A stretch of DNA of 64,000 nucleotides from positions 29,141 through 93,140 of IMG/VR virus record IMGVR_UViG_3300037585_001448; one strand, 5' to 3'. The notes under the pieces are model-generated. The model made no database searches. It saw only the letters and a list, made by a program, of their open reading frames with translations, and was not told the DNA's origin. The first letter of the stretch is position 1. Every line of letters starts with the position of its first letter. Source of the DNA: a virus. Positions 28,464 to 38,165 of this stretch are shown here, piece by piece. The position numbers and the translations under genes are program-made.

Positions 28464-28862
28464 TCACGCTGCCTTCCTCTTCCGACTGGCGAGGATCTCC
28501 CCCACCCGCTCTTCGTGTTCGGACTCCCCGACCCGCCGGGCCACCTTCGCCACCCGATCAGCCTTGAACACCCGCGTCCCGCAGCCCACCTTGTCCACGC
28601 CGTTCTTCGTGTACGGGCCGTAGCACTCCACGAGTTCCCCATCGTGGGGACTCACGATGAACCGCCGGAACTTGAACCAGCCCGGCTTGCCGTACACCCG
28701 GAACCGTCGTCCCTTCACCAGCGGGAGGGTCGCCCCGTCGTACTGGTCGTGGAACTCCCAGCCCTCTGCTTCACGCTCGGCCTGCACCTCGGCGTAATGC
28801 TGCTGGTTGATCTTGACCCACTTCGCTGCGAGCGGTCGTGGGGCCGCTATCGGTTGTGCCAT
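28464..28862 (-). CDS. Hypothetical protein
   Basis: AAGGAGAGACGAC ATG. Confidence 0.65.
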   Translation of the reverse strand: MAQPIAAPRPLAAKWVKINQQHYAEVQAEREAEGWEFHDQYDGATLPLVKGRRFRVYGKPGWFKFRRFIVSPHDGELVECYGPYTKNGVDKVGCGTRVFKADRVAKVARRVGESEHEERVGEILASRKRKAA

Positions 28863-28954
28863 GTCGTCTCTCCTTTTGGCTGGTGACTTCCTTCCACAAA
28901 CACATTCTAGCATCTTGAAGCACGCTGCATTTTCGGGGTTCACCCCACCAAAAC

Positions 28955-28970
28955 CTGACCTGCGGTTATG
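28955..28970. repeat. 16-bp element CTGACCTGCGGTTATG, copy 1 (copy 2 at 54984..54999)
   Basis: Exact match; both copies intergenic. Confidence 0.8.
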
Positions 28971-29048
28971 CCCGCGCGCGAAAACTGAACATGCAGGTCA
29001 CAGCGTTACGAAAAAACTTTCAGAAAGTTTGCGGCTAGACTGGGCTAC

Positions 29049-29306
29049 ATGGCAACTCTGCTGAGGCCAGACCTCCCCACACCACAACTCTCCCGCGTGT
29101 TCGGGCATCTCAAAGACGACGCCCCATACGCCGACCTTGACGACGCCACCCGGACTGCGCTGGTCGATCGCGCCATGTCCCAAGGGGTTGCCTCGTTGAC
29201 ACCCTCAGAGCGTCAGATGATCGAAGACACCAACACCAACAGGCTCAAGAGGCTTCGACGCGGTGGGGTCAACTACGACATGCTCACCCAGCAACGAATC
29301 GACTAG
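29049..29306 (+). CDS. Small helical protein, candidate immunity protein
   Basis: TAGACT 7 nt before the ATG (leaderless); convergent with the MuF gene. Confidence 0.65.
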   Translation: MATLLRPDLPTPQLSRVFGHLKDDAPYADLDDATRTALVDRAMSQGVASLTPSERQMIEDTNTNRLKRLRRGGVNYDMLTQQRID

Positions 29307-29309
29307 CAG

Positions 29310-29549
29310 ATGGCTACCGACCCGATCACGCTGGACCGGCAAGCAGGACGCCTCGCAGCGTTTCTTCAACCCCAGCATCGCGGTGCGCTCGCCAAGACGG
29401 TTCTCGCCACCCCACCCGGCGACGACATCGCCGAGCCGTACCGGGGATGGTTGGAAGACCCCACGACCGTTCCTGTGATCGACCTTCTCAAGCCCTCAGA
29501 GTTGACGGCAGCCGACGCCGAGTGGATTCACGACGGAACCCGCGACTAG
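29310..29549 (+). CDS. Small helical protein, candidate immunity protein
   Basis: Stop overlaps the MuF stop in a CTAG palindrome (29546-29549). Confidence 0.65.
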   Translation: MATDPITLDRQAGRLAAFLQPQHRGALAKTVLATPPGDDIAEPYRGWLEDPTTVPVIDLLKPSELTAADAEWIHDGTRD

Positions 29550-32500
29550 CCGACACTGACCCCGACGGCGCTGCGATTGAGAATGACGTAGTAGTTGCCG
29601 GGGACTTCGGTGGTCGTCACCCCGGTACTAAAGTTGTACCCCGTCAACGTGGGCTTCACTACTTCGATGATGTCCACCCCCTGCGACGCCGCATACCTGC
29701 CGACATCCGTGTAGAGCAGTTCAACAGTCTCTCCTAGACGCTTGAGTTCGGCCATTGCCTCCTTCACCGCTGGTTCGCTGAACCACGGATGGTCTGCCCC
29801 CGCTATGTCCTTCATACTTTCAACGGGCCAGTTCCTCATGTAGTCAGGGCCGAGGATCGTGTTGCCACGCTGGATGTCGATGTCGTCATACCTTTGCATC
29901 GCTTCCGTGACGCTCAGTGTCGTCTTCTTGATTTCTTCGATCTGGCTGTTGAGCGGTTGGGCTGCTTGAAGCATTTCTTGTTCTAACGGTTCGTACAGGG
30001 CGATCTTGGCGTCAGCCTCAACAACCATTTCAACAACGGTCCCGTGTTCCCAGTCTCCGCTACCGGTACCGATCCCGAACTTTTTTGTTGCGAAGTCATC
30101 AGCGATGTCCTCAACGTCGCTGGCGTAAGTACCGTTGCCGAACAGCCCTTGTCCCACATAGGTGGTGTCGCCGGGGTCGATGAACTCTTGGACGAACTGA
30201 TCGACCTCCGCTCGCTCATTGGCACCGAAGCCGCGGTACAGAACTGTGCGCCCCTCTGCTATGGCGTCTTCCATTTCCCCAACTGTCAACTGTTGGACGC
30301 CCGCGTCAGGCCACTGGGTTTTGATGATCTCCCGCAACGCCGGGTCGTTCGATACCTTTGGGTCGTTCCAACTGAGCCGGTTGTCGCCCGTCTTCGGCAT
30401 GGACTCTATGACTTCTTCTACGTTGGCTACTTCGTCAAACCACTTCTCGGGCTTCGTCGCTTCGACCACACGCCCAACCGGCTGCTGTCCTTCGTTGATG
30501 AGCCGAGCGAACTCCTCAAGATCGTCAATCGTTTCCGATAAAGCCGAGGGATCGACAACCGGTGGTCTACCCGCTGCCCGCTGCCTGATCTCGGTGAGTG
30601 TGAAGTCCAACACCTCCGGCGATTCGGCTTGGGTGACGCGAGCCGCACGGATCATGTCGTTGACTCTCCCAACCTCAGGAAAGTCTAAGAGTTCGTCGGC
30701 CATGACAACAGCGTTCCGGTTCAAGAGAAGAACCTGACTGCTGTACGCTTCATCACCAGACGAAATAAGCGTGTCAACAACAGCGTCGTAGCCGAGCAAC
30801 GTCGCGATCGCCCCATCGTCGGCACGCGAAACCTTGACACCCTTGAAGCGGCCTTGCGCCCCCTGCATTTTGTCATTGACGACCAGCCGGTAGATCGACT
30901 GGAACGCCGGGTCGTCTATCGGGTCGCCGGTTTGTTTCGCTAAAGCAACCAGACCGAACGGGTCGTCACCCGTGTACCCCAACCGGTCCAGCGATGTGCC
31001 AACAGTTTCAATACTTGCCGAAGACGGCAGCCTGCCCGAGATATGTCCCGGTAGCACATCGTCAATCGTCCGGCCCCGGATGTCTCGTAGCGCCGACACC
31101 GCAGCGGTGGACGCATCATCTATCGCAAGGTCAGCGGCAACCTCAACGATCTCTTTCGCTTGGGCACCCATCGCCTGTTCGATAAGAGCAAGGTCGCTGC
31201 CCGTGACGGTCTTTGCGTCTGGTTGGAGCGCCGCACGAAGCACACCACCCGCCTCGTCCCCGCTCCAACCCTTTGAGTACGCCGCCGCCATGTCCATCGC
31301 GGTGTCCAACCCATCGCCATCGCCAAGGGTTCGCAAACCAGCCTCCGCGGAGGTCTCGCCAGCGTTGGAGAAGAAATAGGTACCGTCGCCGTAGTGGCCG
31401 GTCCCGGTGTGGAAGTCCCCGGATTGGAGTTCTTCAAGGAACTGGATGTTCTCGTCGCCGCGCAGCAACTCCAAGCCGCCTGATTCCAACACCTCGTCCA
31501 GTTCAGCGTCGGTTACCAGTTCAGGGAGGTCGTCAAACCCTCTGGCCCTGCGAAGATCCTCCAGTTGCGCCTTGACAGCGATCGTGTTGTCAGGGTCGGT
31601 GGGGTCAACTTTGACGCGGTATCTGACCCTTGTCGGGTCAGCGCGCGCATCGTCCAGCGTCGCCAAACCGCTATCAGTGACCATCCGTTTCGCCTTGTAA
31701 TAGTCACGGTCGATCATCTCTTCTAACGCTTCGCGGGCTTGGGCCTCCCACGCAACCGCTACCTGATCCAAGTTCGCACTCGTACCGAACGGGTCCACGA
31801 GATCAACGATGTCTTCAACATCCACGACCGGGCGCACAAAGTCCGGGTTCTTAGCAAGGAAGTCGTCGTACAGGTCCGGTCGAACAATGCGTTCCGATTC
31901 CCCGGCGATCTTCTCGTACACAAGGATCGGCTTTTCGCCCTGCGCGACGTTGTTGTCCCACAACCTGATCTCATCGAACAGGTCGTCGGCTGCCGCTTGG
32001 GGGAACACTTCCGACACGCCAGCATGGGTGTCGCGTATCACCTGCTCTGGGACACGACGACCGCTTCGCGCCCCTCGGGCTGCTGAACGGGCCACCGCTT
32101 CTTCGGTTTCGATCGTGACGTACTCGGCTGTCACTCGGGTGGAACTGGCACGGGCCTCAGCGACCTTCTTCTGCAACTTGGCGTAAGACGAATCGCCGGT
32201 ACCGTCCAAGACAATGTTGTTGCTGCCGTCCAACGCTTCGCTCATCAACTGCTTGCCCATGTACGACGACTCTTCATGCACATACGCCGCAGCGTTCACA
32301 GACCAGTCGCCGCGCTGGTCGATGATCTGGACGTATTCGGGAATCATGTCTTTGGCTTCGTCGGCGTTGACGAGCACATGACGATCAGGTAACACAATCG
32401 TGTCGGTGTTTGTGAGGCTGGACTTACCGGACGCCGGGCCACCCCCCATGAACACAACCTCGTTGGATTCGGTGTAGCCGCCCTTCGCTAACTCTGCTTC

Positions 32501-35236
32501 GATATATGGACGGTGAACGCCCTCAACACGCGACTCAATCCACTTGCCGTCCACGGTGTTGCGGGCCATTGTGTCGATCTCTGGCACAACGTCGTAGTCG
32601 GCTTTGCGAAGAAACTTGGCGTAAGCGTCCTCGTCGTAGATTTCCAGCAAGCCATCCTTCTTGCGGAGGATCAACTGGGGTGGATCAAAGTTCGTGTCCC
32701 ACAGTTTGATGTCGTCAAAGATGTTCTCGTCCAGAATGTCGGGAAAGATCCGGCTGATACTGGAATGGGTGTCTCGCACCACCTGTTCAGGGACGTACCG
32801 GCCTGTCCTGCGGCCACGGGCTGCCGCCCGGCGTACCGCCTCTTCGGTATCGACAGTCACATAGTCGGCGATGACGCGCTCACCGCTGCTGTTTGCCCGC
32901 GCTGACGACACCTTGCCCCGAAGTTTCTCAATGGACGAATCCCCGGTGCCGTCAAGCATCGTGTCGCGACCCGACTGAACCGACTCGGCCATGATCTCCT
33001 TGGAAAGCATGGATGACTCTTCGTGAACGTAGGCGGCAGCCTTCGTGTTGCTTTCCTTGGAAAGCACCTTGTATTCGGGAAGGTGTCCCTTGATTTCGTC
33101 GGCGTCAACGACGACCATCGTGTCCGGGTCGAAGTCGATCAACTTTTGCCTGATCGCTGTTCCCTTCCCTGACGCTGGACCGCCACCCATGAAGTGAACG
33201 ACCTGTTCGCCCGGCTCGGCAACAGGAACGTCGCCGATGATGTCGGCTGCGATGTCCCGGTGAAGTTGCCTTCGGAGTTCCCAGTATTCGCCGTCGATCT
33301 GCGTGTACGCGTCTTCGGTGCCTCCCGGTAAGCGACCCCCGAACCGGTTGTAGAGGTCGTCGTCTGTTGCCAGCCGGTACGGGTTGGGTTCTTCGGGGAA
33401 CCACTCAAGGTCCGTGACACGTTTCGGATGAGGGAGGTCGTCGGCGATGTCGGCAGCGGCCCGAACCAGACGCTTCTTCTCAATGTCGTCGATGCCTATT
33501 TGCCGGGACTTCTCGTAGTAGCCCCAAATCTTGTCTTTGACATCAAGGCTGTCTGGGGTGTGGAACTGGATTTCGATGATTACGCCGTCTGGGCCTCGGA
33601 AGTTTGCGTTGATGCCGTTGTACGGGTTCTTGGCGTTGGGTTGACGCCAGTAGTTCTTCGGTCCCTTGGTGAGTTCGTAGCCTCGGTCACGCAGGTCACG
33701 CATCGCTGCGGCGACATCATCGTTGTACCGGGCTTCGTCTATGACCATCGTGTACCGAACAGAGTCGCTTACCTCGTCGGCGACCTCGGTTACCGTTCGT
33801 AGCCGCTGCGGGAACGCTGCCGTTTCGTCTACGAAGTCGGTGGCGATCTTGCGGGCCAGCGACGCTTCTTCCTTGACGTTGAACTGGAGGCCGTACAGGT
33901 CCGCTCCGATGTCGGACGCGGTGCCCTGCACCTGAGCGGTGATGTTGCCCTGCGCCGCGAACGCCTTCTTGTGGATTCGGGTTGCTTCCCGCCACGCCTG
34001 CTCGCGTACCGCAGCAGGGATGTCCGGTGGTGCCATGACCTGACCGGGTAGCCCCGTGGACGGTGGAACGATCGTGTCGTACACCACGGTCCAAGTGCAA
34101 CGGCAGTTCGGGTGCGCTGGGGGCAGGTCTCGGGGTTCGACCACCCAGTTGCCGCCCCTTGGGTACGCAGCGTTGAACGATCCCCCCTCAAAGGCGACGA
34201 CCTTGCCGTGAAGCGGTTCACAAATCTGGCACACCTCAAACGATGAGGTGATCCACTGACGGCCAGCACGCTGCGGGTTGAACATTCCTGCTTCGGCTGC
34301 CTGCCGGGCTGCGACCATCTTGCCTTGGTTGGAGGCTTCCATCATCTCGGTGCGGGAGATGACACGGGTTCGATGCTCGCGGAGTTTCTTGCCGTACTTG
34401 GATGCCTCACGTTCAACGGCTTCCAACGCCTGCTCGGTGGTCTTGCCTGCTGCGACCGCTTCCGCGAACACGGTGCGGCCCCGGTTCAAGACGGCGTTGT
34501 GTTGCGGCAGCGTCAACCCGGCTACCGAAGGAGCGAGTCGTTCACCGAACTCTGCTAGGTCACCCAGCGACGGTGCCGTCTCCAACACCTCGCCGAGCAT
34601 GTTCATCATGGCTTGCCTGCCGCCCTTGCCGGTTGTGCCACCGATGATGTCTTGCAGGTTCGCTCGGGTGTCCTCAGCGATGTTGGTAATCAGCCGGGCT
34701 GATTTGTTTTCGGCCCACTGTTTCCCCGCCGGGGTTTTGGTGGAGAACCCGACAGAGAACGACGACCCCACAGGTGGCATCAACGTCACCGTCTTCGGGG
34801 TTGCTGCCTTCTGGATCTGGTTGATGGCTGTCGGGTCTGGTTTGCGTTCCAGTTGCCCTACCAGTTCGTCCCAGAACACCGCCCCGGATTCGTCTATCTG
34901 GTTGAGTAGTTCGGTAGCCAACTCTTGGCGGGCTGGTTCCAGATACTCCAACAGGGGGCTGAGAGGCCCGTCGGCACGCGCCGGGTACAGGTCGGTTCCC
35001 AACTGGCGGGCGTTGCCGGGCAGGTACGAAACGTCGTCGGTGAGGTTGAAGTCAGCGATCACCGACGGTGGCATCGTCAACGCTTCGTTGAAGGTGCGTG
35101 CTACCCGACGTTCCCTCGGTGTGAGCGGAGCACCAATCGGTTCCAAGCCGGGCTGCCCCGGTACCCGCTTGCGGGGAACCTTGACGGTTGTCTTAGCGAA
35201 CCCTGACCTTGCGCCCCGTCCGGTCGTGACGGGCAT
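29546..35236 (-). CDS. Polyvalent MuF (head morphogenesis) protein: MuF + RelA/SpoT-like + 2x zeta-toxin-like kinase + 2x ART-like domains (1896 aa)
   Basis: RVISRTE...CQIC...PPAHPNCRC; VKEEASLARK/DSVRY/YNGIN/EIQFHT; GGGPASGK x2 with DADEIK/NADEAK, HEESS, LDGTG; LLRG..GHYGDGTY and LYRG..GLFGNGTY; directly downstream of the portal. Confidence 0.85.
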   Translation of the reverse strand: MPVTTGRGARSGFAKTTVKVPRKRVPGQPGLEPIGAPLTPRERRVARTFNEALTMPPSVIADFNLTDDVSYLPGNARQLGTDLYPARADGPLSPLLEYLEPARQELATELLNQIDESGAVFWDELVGQLERKPDPTAINQIQKAATPKTVTLMPPVGSSFSVGFSTKTPAGKQWAENKSARLITNIAEDTRANLQDIIGGTTGKGGRQAMMNMLGEVLETAPSLGDLAEFGERLAPSVAGLTLPQHNAVLNRGRTVFAEAVAAGKTTEQALEAVEREASKYGKKLREHRTRVISRTEMMEASNQGKMVAARQAAEAGMFNPQRAGRQWITSSFEVCQICEPLHGKVVAFEGGSFNAAYPRGGNWVVEPRDLPPAHPNCRCTWTVVYDTIVPPSTGLPGQVMAPPDIPAAVREQAWREATRIHKKAFAAQGNITAQVQGTASDIGADLYGLQFNVKEEASLARKIATDFVDETAAFPQRLRTVTEVADEVSDSVRYTMVIDEARYNDDVAAAMRDLRDRGYELTKGPKNYWRQPNAKNPYNGINANFRGPDGVIIEIQFHTPDSLDVKDKIWGYYEKSRQIGIDDIEKKRLVRAAADIADDLPHPKRVTDLEWFPEEPNPYRLATDDDLYNRFGGRLPGGTEDAYTQIDGEYWELRRQLHRDIAADIIGDVPVAEPGEQVVHFMGGGPASGKGTAIRQKLIDFDPDTMVVVDADEIKGHLPEYKVLSKESNTKAAAYVHEESSMLSKEIMAESVQSGRDTMLDGTGDSSIEKLRGKVSSARANSSGERVIADYVTVDTEEAVRRAAARGRRTGRYVPEQVVRDTHSSISRIFPDILDENIFDDIKLWDTNFDPPQLILRKKDGLLEIYDEDAYAKFLRKADYDVVPEIDTMARNTVDGKWIESRVEGVHRPYIEAELAKGGYTESNEVVFMGGGPASGKSSLTNTDTIVLPDRHVLVNADEAKDMIPEYVQIIDQRGDWSVNAAAYVHEESSYMGKQLMSEALDGSNNIVLDGTGDSSYAKLQKKVAEARASSTRVTAEYVTIETEEAVARSAARGARSGRRVPEQVIRDTHAGVSEVFPQAAADDLFDEIRLWDNNVAQGEKPILVYEKIAGESERIVRPDLYDDFLAKNPDFVRPVVDVEDIVDLVDPFGTSANLDQVAVAWEAQAREALEEMIDRDYYKAKRMVTDSGLATLDDARADPTRVRYRVKVDPTDPDNTIAVKAQLEDLRRARGFDDLPELVTDAELDEVLESGGLELLRGDENIQFLEELQSGDFHTGTGHYGDGTYFFSNAGETSAEAGLRTLGDGDGLDTAMDMAAAYSKGWSGDEAGGVLRAALQPDAKTVTGSDLALIEQAMGAQAKEIVEVAADLAIDDASTAAVSALRDIRGRTIDDVLPGHISGRLPSSASIETVGTSLDRLGYTGDDPFGLVALAKQTGDPIDDPAFQSIYRLVVNDKMQGAQGRFKGVKVSRADDGAIATLLGYDAVVDTLISSGDEAYSSQVLLLNRNAVVMADELLDFPEVGRVNDMIRAARVTQAESPEVLDFTLTEIRQRAAGRPPVVDPSALSETIDDLEEFARLINEGQQPVGRVVEATKPEKWFDEVANVEEVIESMPKTGDNRLSWNDPKVSNDPALREIIKTQWPDAGVQQLTVGEMEDAIAEGRTVLYRGFGANERAEVDQFVQEFIDPGDTTYVGQGLFGNGTYASDVEDIADDFATKKFGIGTGSGDWEHGTVVEMVVEADAKIALYEPLEQEMLQAAQPLNSQIEEIKKTTLSVTEAMQRYDDIDIQRGNTILGPDYMRNWPVESMKDIAGADHPWFSEPAVKEAMAELKRLGETVELLYTDVGRYAASQGVDIIEVVKPTLTGYNFSTGVTTTEVPGNYYVILNRSAVGVSVG

Positions 35237-36564
35237 CAGTCAACCGATTCAGCCTCGGTGCTGACCGGCAGGCCACCTACCTCCCGCAAATACGCCTCCA
35301 AGTTGTCGTCGGGGAAGAGTTCAGCCCCAGCGCCAGTGAGTTTCGCAACGTATTCGCCGAGTTCTTTCAAGTCCACGTTCCTGACTGGGGCGTGGGTCAA
35401 GTTCGGGGTCAGGTTCGCGTCGATGCCGTTGACCTTGAGTAGCCGTGGGAACGCATGGTTTTGGAACACCGACGCGATGCCGTCCAGATACGCGTTGAGA
35501 GACTGGGAGAACAGGGCGACCTTCGACACCGACAGGGCTTGCGTGCCGACCTTTTCATGGCCGAGGAGGATGAAGTCCGCGAGCATCGTCATCGCTATCC
35601 GCTGGTCGTAGCGGGCAATGATGGCGTCAGTATCGAACTGGCGGTCACCACCTGTGCTTAGGAGTTTCAGGTCGTAGGCAAGGTTGTTGGTTTCTGGGTC
35701 GTAAGCCAGAGGGAACACGACACCCTCTTGCTCGTCGCGTCGGATGTTGCGAATGATCTGCTTGATCTCGTTGAGAGCCGACGTTTCCTCAGAGGTGGCG
35801 TTGTTCGATAAGAGTTGCGGAGGGACATACGCGATTGGCAGCCCAGCCAAATCGCGTTCAATGCCGATCGCTTCGATCTCTTGGATGCGCTTCTTGAAGT
35901 AGTAGGAGGTGTACGCGTTGCGAAGCACCGACTTGCCTTCGGGGTTGTTCAACGCGCTGGAGGTGCGGAACAGGAGAGCCTTCTCAATCGGGATCTCAAC
36001 GAGACCCTTTCCTGAGACCGGGTTCAACTGGTACATGCCCTTCACGCCGCCAGACTCGTCAAGGTTCCAGCGTTCCAGCGTGTCCTGCGACCGGGGTGCG
36101 AGTTTGCGCCAACCGATCATCCCGTCGTTGTAGCGGGATCGTTCACCGTCGTCTGTCCAACCCTTGCGGTACTTGTAGACGATCTCAAAGTACGACCAGC
36201 CGTAAGTCAGGTAGGACATGATCTGAGCGAGCATGTCTTCCCAAGTGGTCGTCATGTCGGTCATGCACTGGCCGCAGAACGTCGCGATGTCGGAGGCTTG
36301 TTCGTTGTCTGGGTCGGATGGTTCGACCTGCCATTCGACAGCGCGCATCAGCATGGAGATGGCTTGGATGACTGCGCCGACCACCGGGTCGTTGTCGCGC
36401 ATCTCCCGGTAGGTGCGATAGGCGGTACGCCCCCGGAGGGCGGTCAGGAACTCTTCGCGAACCTGACCGTCGTAAACTTGGAGGCCGGTTGATCCGATCT
36501 CCATGAAGTCCGTGGACGTTGCCTTCTTCGTTTCAGCAAACGTATCGGCAGCAACGTCGGTCAT
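35236..36564 (-). CDS. Portal protein (Mu gp29/DUF935-like)
   Basis: YREMRDND.V, YGWSYFEIVY, NPEGKSVLR, IERDLAGLP motifs; TAGAGT 6 nt before the ATG. Confidence 0.9.
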   Translation of the reverse strand: MTDVAADTFAETKKATSTDFMEIGSTGLQVYDGQVREEFLTALRGRTAYRTYREMRDNDPVVGAVIQAISMLMRAVEWQVEPSDPDNEQASDIATFCGQCMTDMTTTWEDMLAQIMSYLTYGWSYFEIVYKYRKGWTDDGERSRYNDGMIGWRKLAPRSQDTLERWNLDESGGVKGMYQLNPVSGKGLVEIPIEKALLFRTSSALNNPEGKSVLRNAYTSYYFKKRIQEIEAIGIERDLAGLPIAYVPPQLLSNNATSEETSALNEIKQIIRNIRRDEQEGVVFPLAYDPETNNLAYDLKLLSTGGDRQFDTDAIIARYDQRIAMTMLADFILLGHEKVGTQALSVSKVALFSQSLNAYLDGIASVFQNHAFPRLLKVNGIDANLTPNLTHAPVRNVDLKELGEYVAKLTGAGAELFPDDNLEAYLREVGGLPVSTEAESVD

Positions 36565-36699
36565 GGTGCGACTCTACTCCTAAGCGCCAGCAGTCAGGAC
36601 GACCGTGAAAGGAGAGTATCACGATCGCCCTGACCGGGCTGGTGGTGCCATGCCGTGGAAGGCGTGACGGGACTCTAACAGGGAGAGTCCGTTGGAGTG

Positions 36700-36891
36700 C
36701 TAATCCTCTTTCTCCCAGTCGTAGGGAGGATGGATCAGTCGAACGTGGGAAGCCTGCTTGAACGGTTCCGGTTCTGGTTCGTCGCCGATGCTGCGGATGT
36801 ACCACCCGGCTGCGACACCGATCAGGAACAGGGACATGGGGATCAGCAGGTATTCCCAGAACGGGTTGGTGACACCCATCAACGCAATCAT
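36700..36891 (-). CDS. Small membrane protein
   Basis: Hydrophobic helix; ATGA overlap. Confidence 0.55.
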   Translation of the reverse strand: MIALMGVTNPFWEYLLIPMSLFLIGVAAGWYIRSIGDEPEPEPFKQASHVRLIHPPYDWEKED

Positions 36892-37079
36892 GCTGCCAGC
36901 CCTTCGTTCAACCAGATGACATCGCCGCCCTCTTCGGTTGCAACACTGACCTCGCCGGTGTCATAACTCCTGATCCACAACCTGATCGGGTTCTCCCCGT
37001 CACGGTCGGTGATGTTCAGCACGGCTAGTTGGACGCCTGCATGTTCGTATGACCTCATGTGTTCAATGGCGACGCTCAC
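36888..37079 (-). CDS. Hypothetical protein
   Basis: Coupled overlaps on both sides. Confidence 0.6.
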   Translation of the reverse strand: MSVAIEHMRSYEHAGVQLAVLNITDRDGENPIRLWIRSYDTGEVSVATEEGGDVIWLNEGLAA

Positions 37080-37642
37080 GCTGCCTCCTTCAAGAGTGTG
37101 ACGAGAGCGTTGACCTCTTCGACCTGAGCCAAGGTCAGTTCGACCTTGACGCCGTTCTGGCCCGTTTCAGCGACGCTGGTGTAAGACTCACCGCCGGGCC
37201 GATCCGAGTGGTAGACGTTGAGCAGGTCGTAGGTGTCGGTGTCGATCGCAGCCCACCGGACCTTGTTGGCCTCCCGCTCGGCCTTCCGCTCTTCGGCAAC
37301 GTAGAGGTCGTGCTTCTGCCTGTCCAGTTCAGCCTCGGTGATCTCGTCCAAGGTGTATTCGTTGGACCAGTTGGCGATGTCCTTCGTCGCGATCAGCGTC
37401 GTACCGGCTTCGTTGCGGGCCGTCAGCACCGTCTCGTACTGGTTGGTTTCGTAGTTCCACTTGACGGCGAACACTTCGACGTACCGCTTGATCGTCTGGT
37501 CCCGGTAGGACCGGTCGTCACCAACCGGGACGATCTCGTCGCCAGTGAGCAGCCACTTGTCGAACCCGCTCGGCGAGAAGCCGTGCCTGCGTGACCGTTC
37601 AACGTGGTACACGGTGTTCGGTTTCAGATCCTTCGCTTTCAT
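37076..37642 (-). CDS. Hypothetical protein
   Basis: SAS + strong SD. Confidence 0.7.
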   Translation of the reverse strand: MKAKDLKPNTVYHVERSRRHGFSPSGFDKWLLTGDEIVPVGDDRSYRDQTIKRYVEVFAVKWNYETNQYETVLTARNEAGTTLIATKDIANWSNEYTLDEITEAELDRQKHDLYVAEERKAEREANKVRWAAIDTDTYDLLNVYHSDRPGGESYTSVAETGQNGVKVELTLAQVEEVNALVTLLKEAA

Positions 37643-37666
37643 TCTCTCTCCTTATTGGTTGTCGAA

Positions 37667-37807
37667 CTAGAGGGTGATGGTGATGGCCGTTACACCCGAC
37701 GCCTCTTCAACGGCGGTGTCGATGTAGCCAAGCAAGCAGGGGCCGCACACGGCACCTAGTTGGAGTGTGGGGATCTGGACCCCGCAGTCTTCGCAAGCCT
37801 TCGTCAT
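37667..37807 (-). CDS. Small zinc-finger protein (CEDC...CGPC)
   Basis: ATG after SAS CGACAACCAACAAGGAGAGAGAC. Confidence 0.6.
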   Translation of the reverse strand: MTKACEDCGVQIPTLQLGAVCGPCLLGYIDTAVEEASGVTAITITL

Positions 37808-37832
37808 GTCTCTCTCCTTGTTGGTTGTCGAA

Positions 37833-38093
37833 CTAGCCATTGAGGTAATGCGTCCAGTCGGAATCGGCGTTGGAGTCGGCAGCACTAGCCAAGTCTTCGG
37901 CGTTCCAACCGACGTAGAACACTGGCGACTCCCGCACGTTGTCCAAGTAGCCCTCGTAGGCGTGGTACTTGGCAGCCTGTTCCGGGTCTTCCGGGGCATT
38001 AGCCCAGCCGTTCCGCTCTTCGGCGTAAGGGTTCTGGGCGCTGGCCTCGCTCACCCGGTCACACACTTCTTGGAAGGTCTCGGTCTCGGTCAC
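37833..38093 (-). CDS. Hypothetical acidic protein (leaderless)
   Basis: GTG 6 nt after TATGAT. Confidence 0.65.
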   Translation of the reverse strand: MTETETFQEVCDRVSEASAQNPYAEERNGWANAPEDPEQAAKYHAYEGYLDNVRESPVFYVGWNAEDLASAADSNADSDWTHYLNG

Positions 38094-38128
38094 GAACTAA
38101 TCATAGCCCGTGTGGAGCGTGGATGCAA
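38094..38128 (-). promoter_or_regulatory. Promoter TTGCAT-N17-TATGAT
   Basis: Family member. Confidence 0.75.
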
Positions 38129-38165
38129 CGCTTTGTAGCGTTACCTGACATGGTGTCAGAAACAC

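Noticed and set aside
34278-35264. 328-aa + strand ORF and many similar antisense ORFs over structural genes
   Set aside because: High-GC shadow ORFs opposite well-supported genes; no SD or promoter support.
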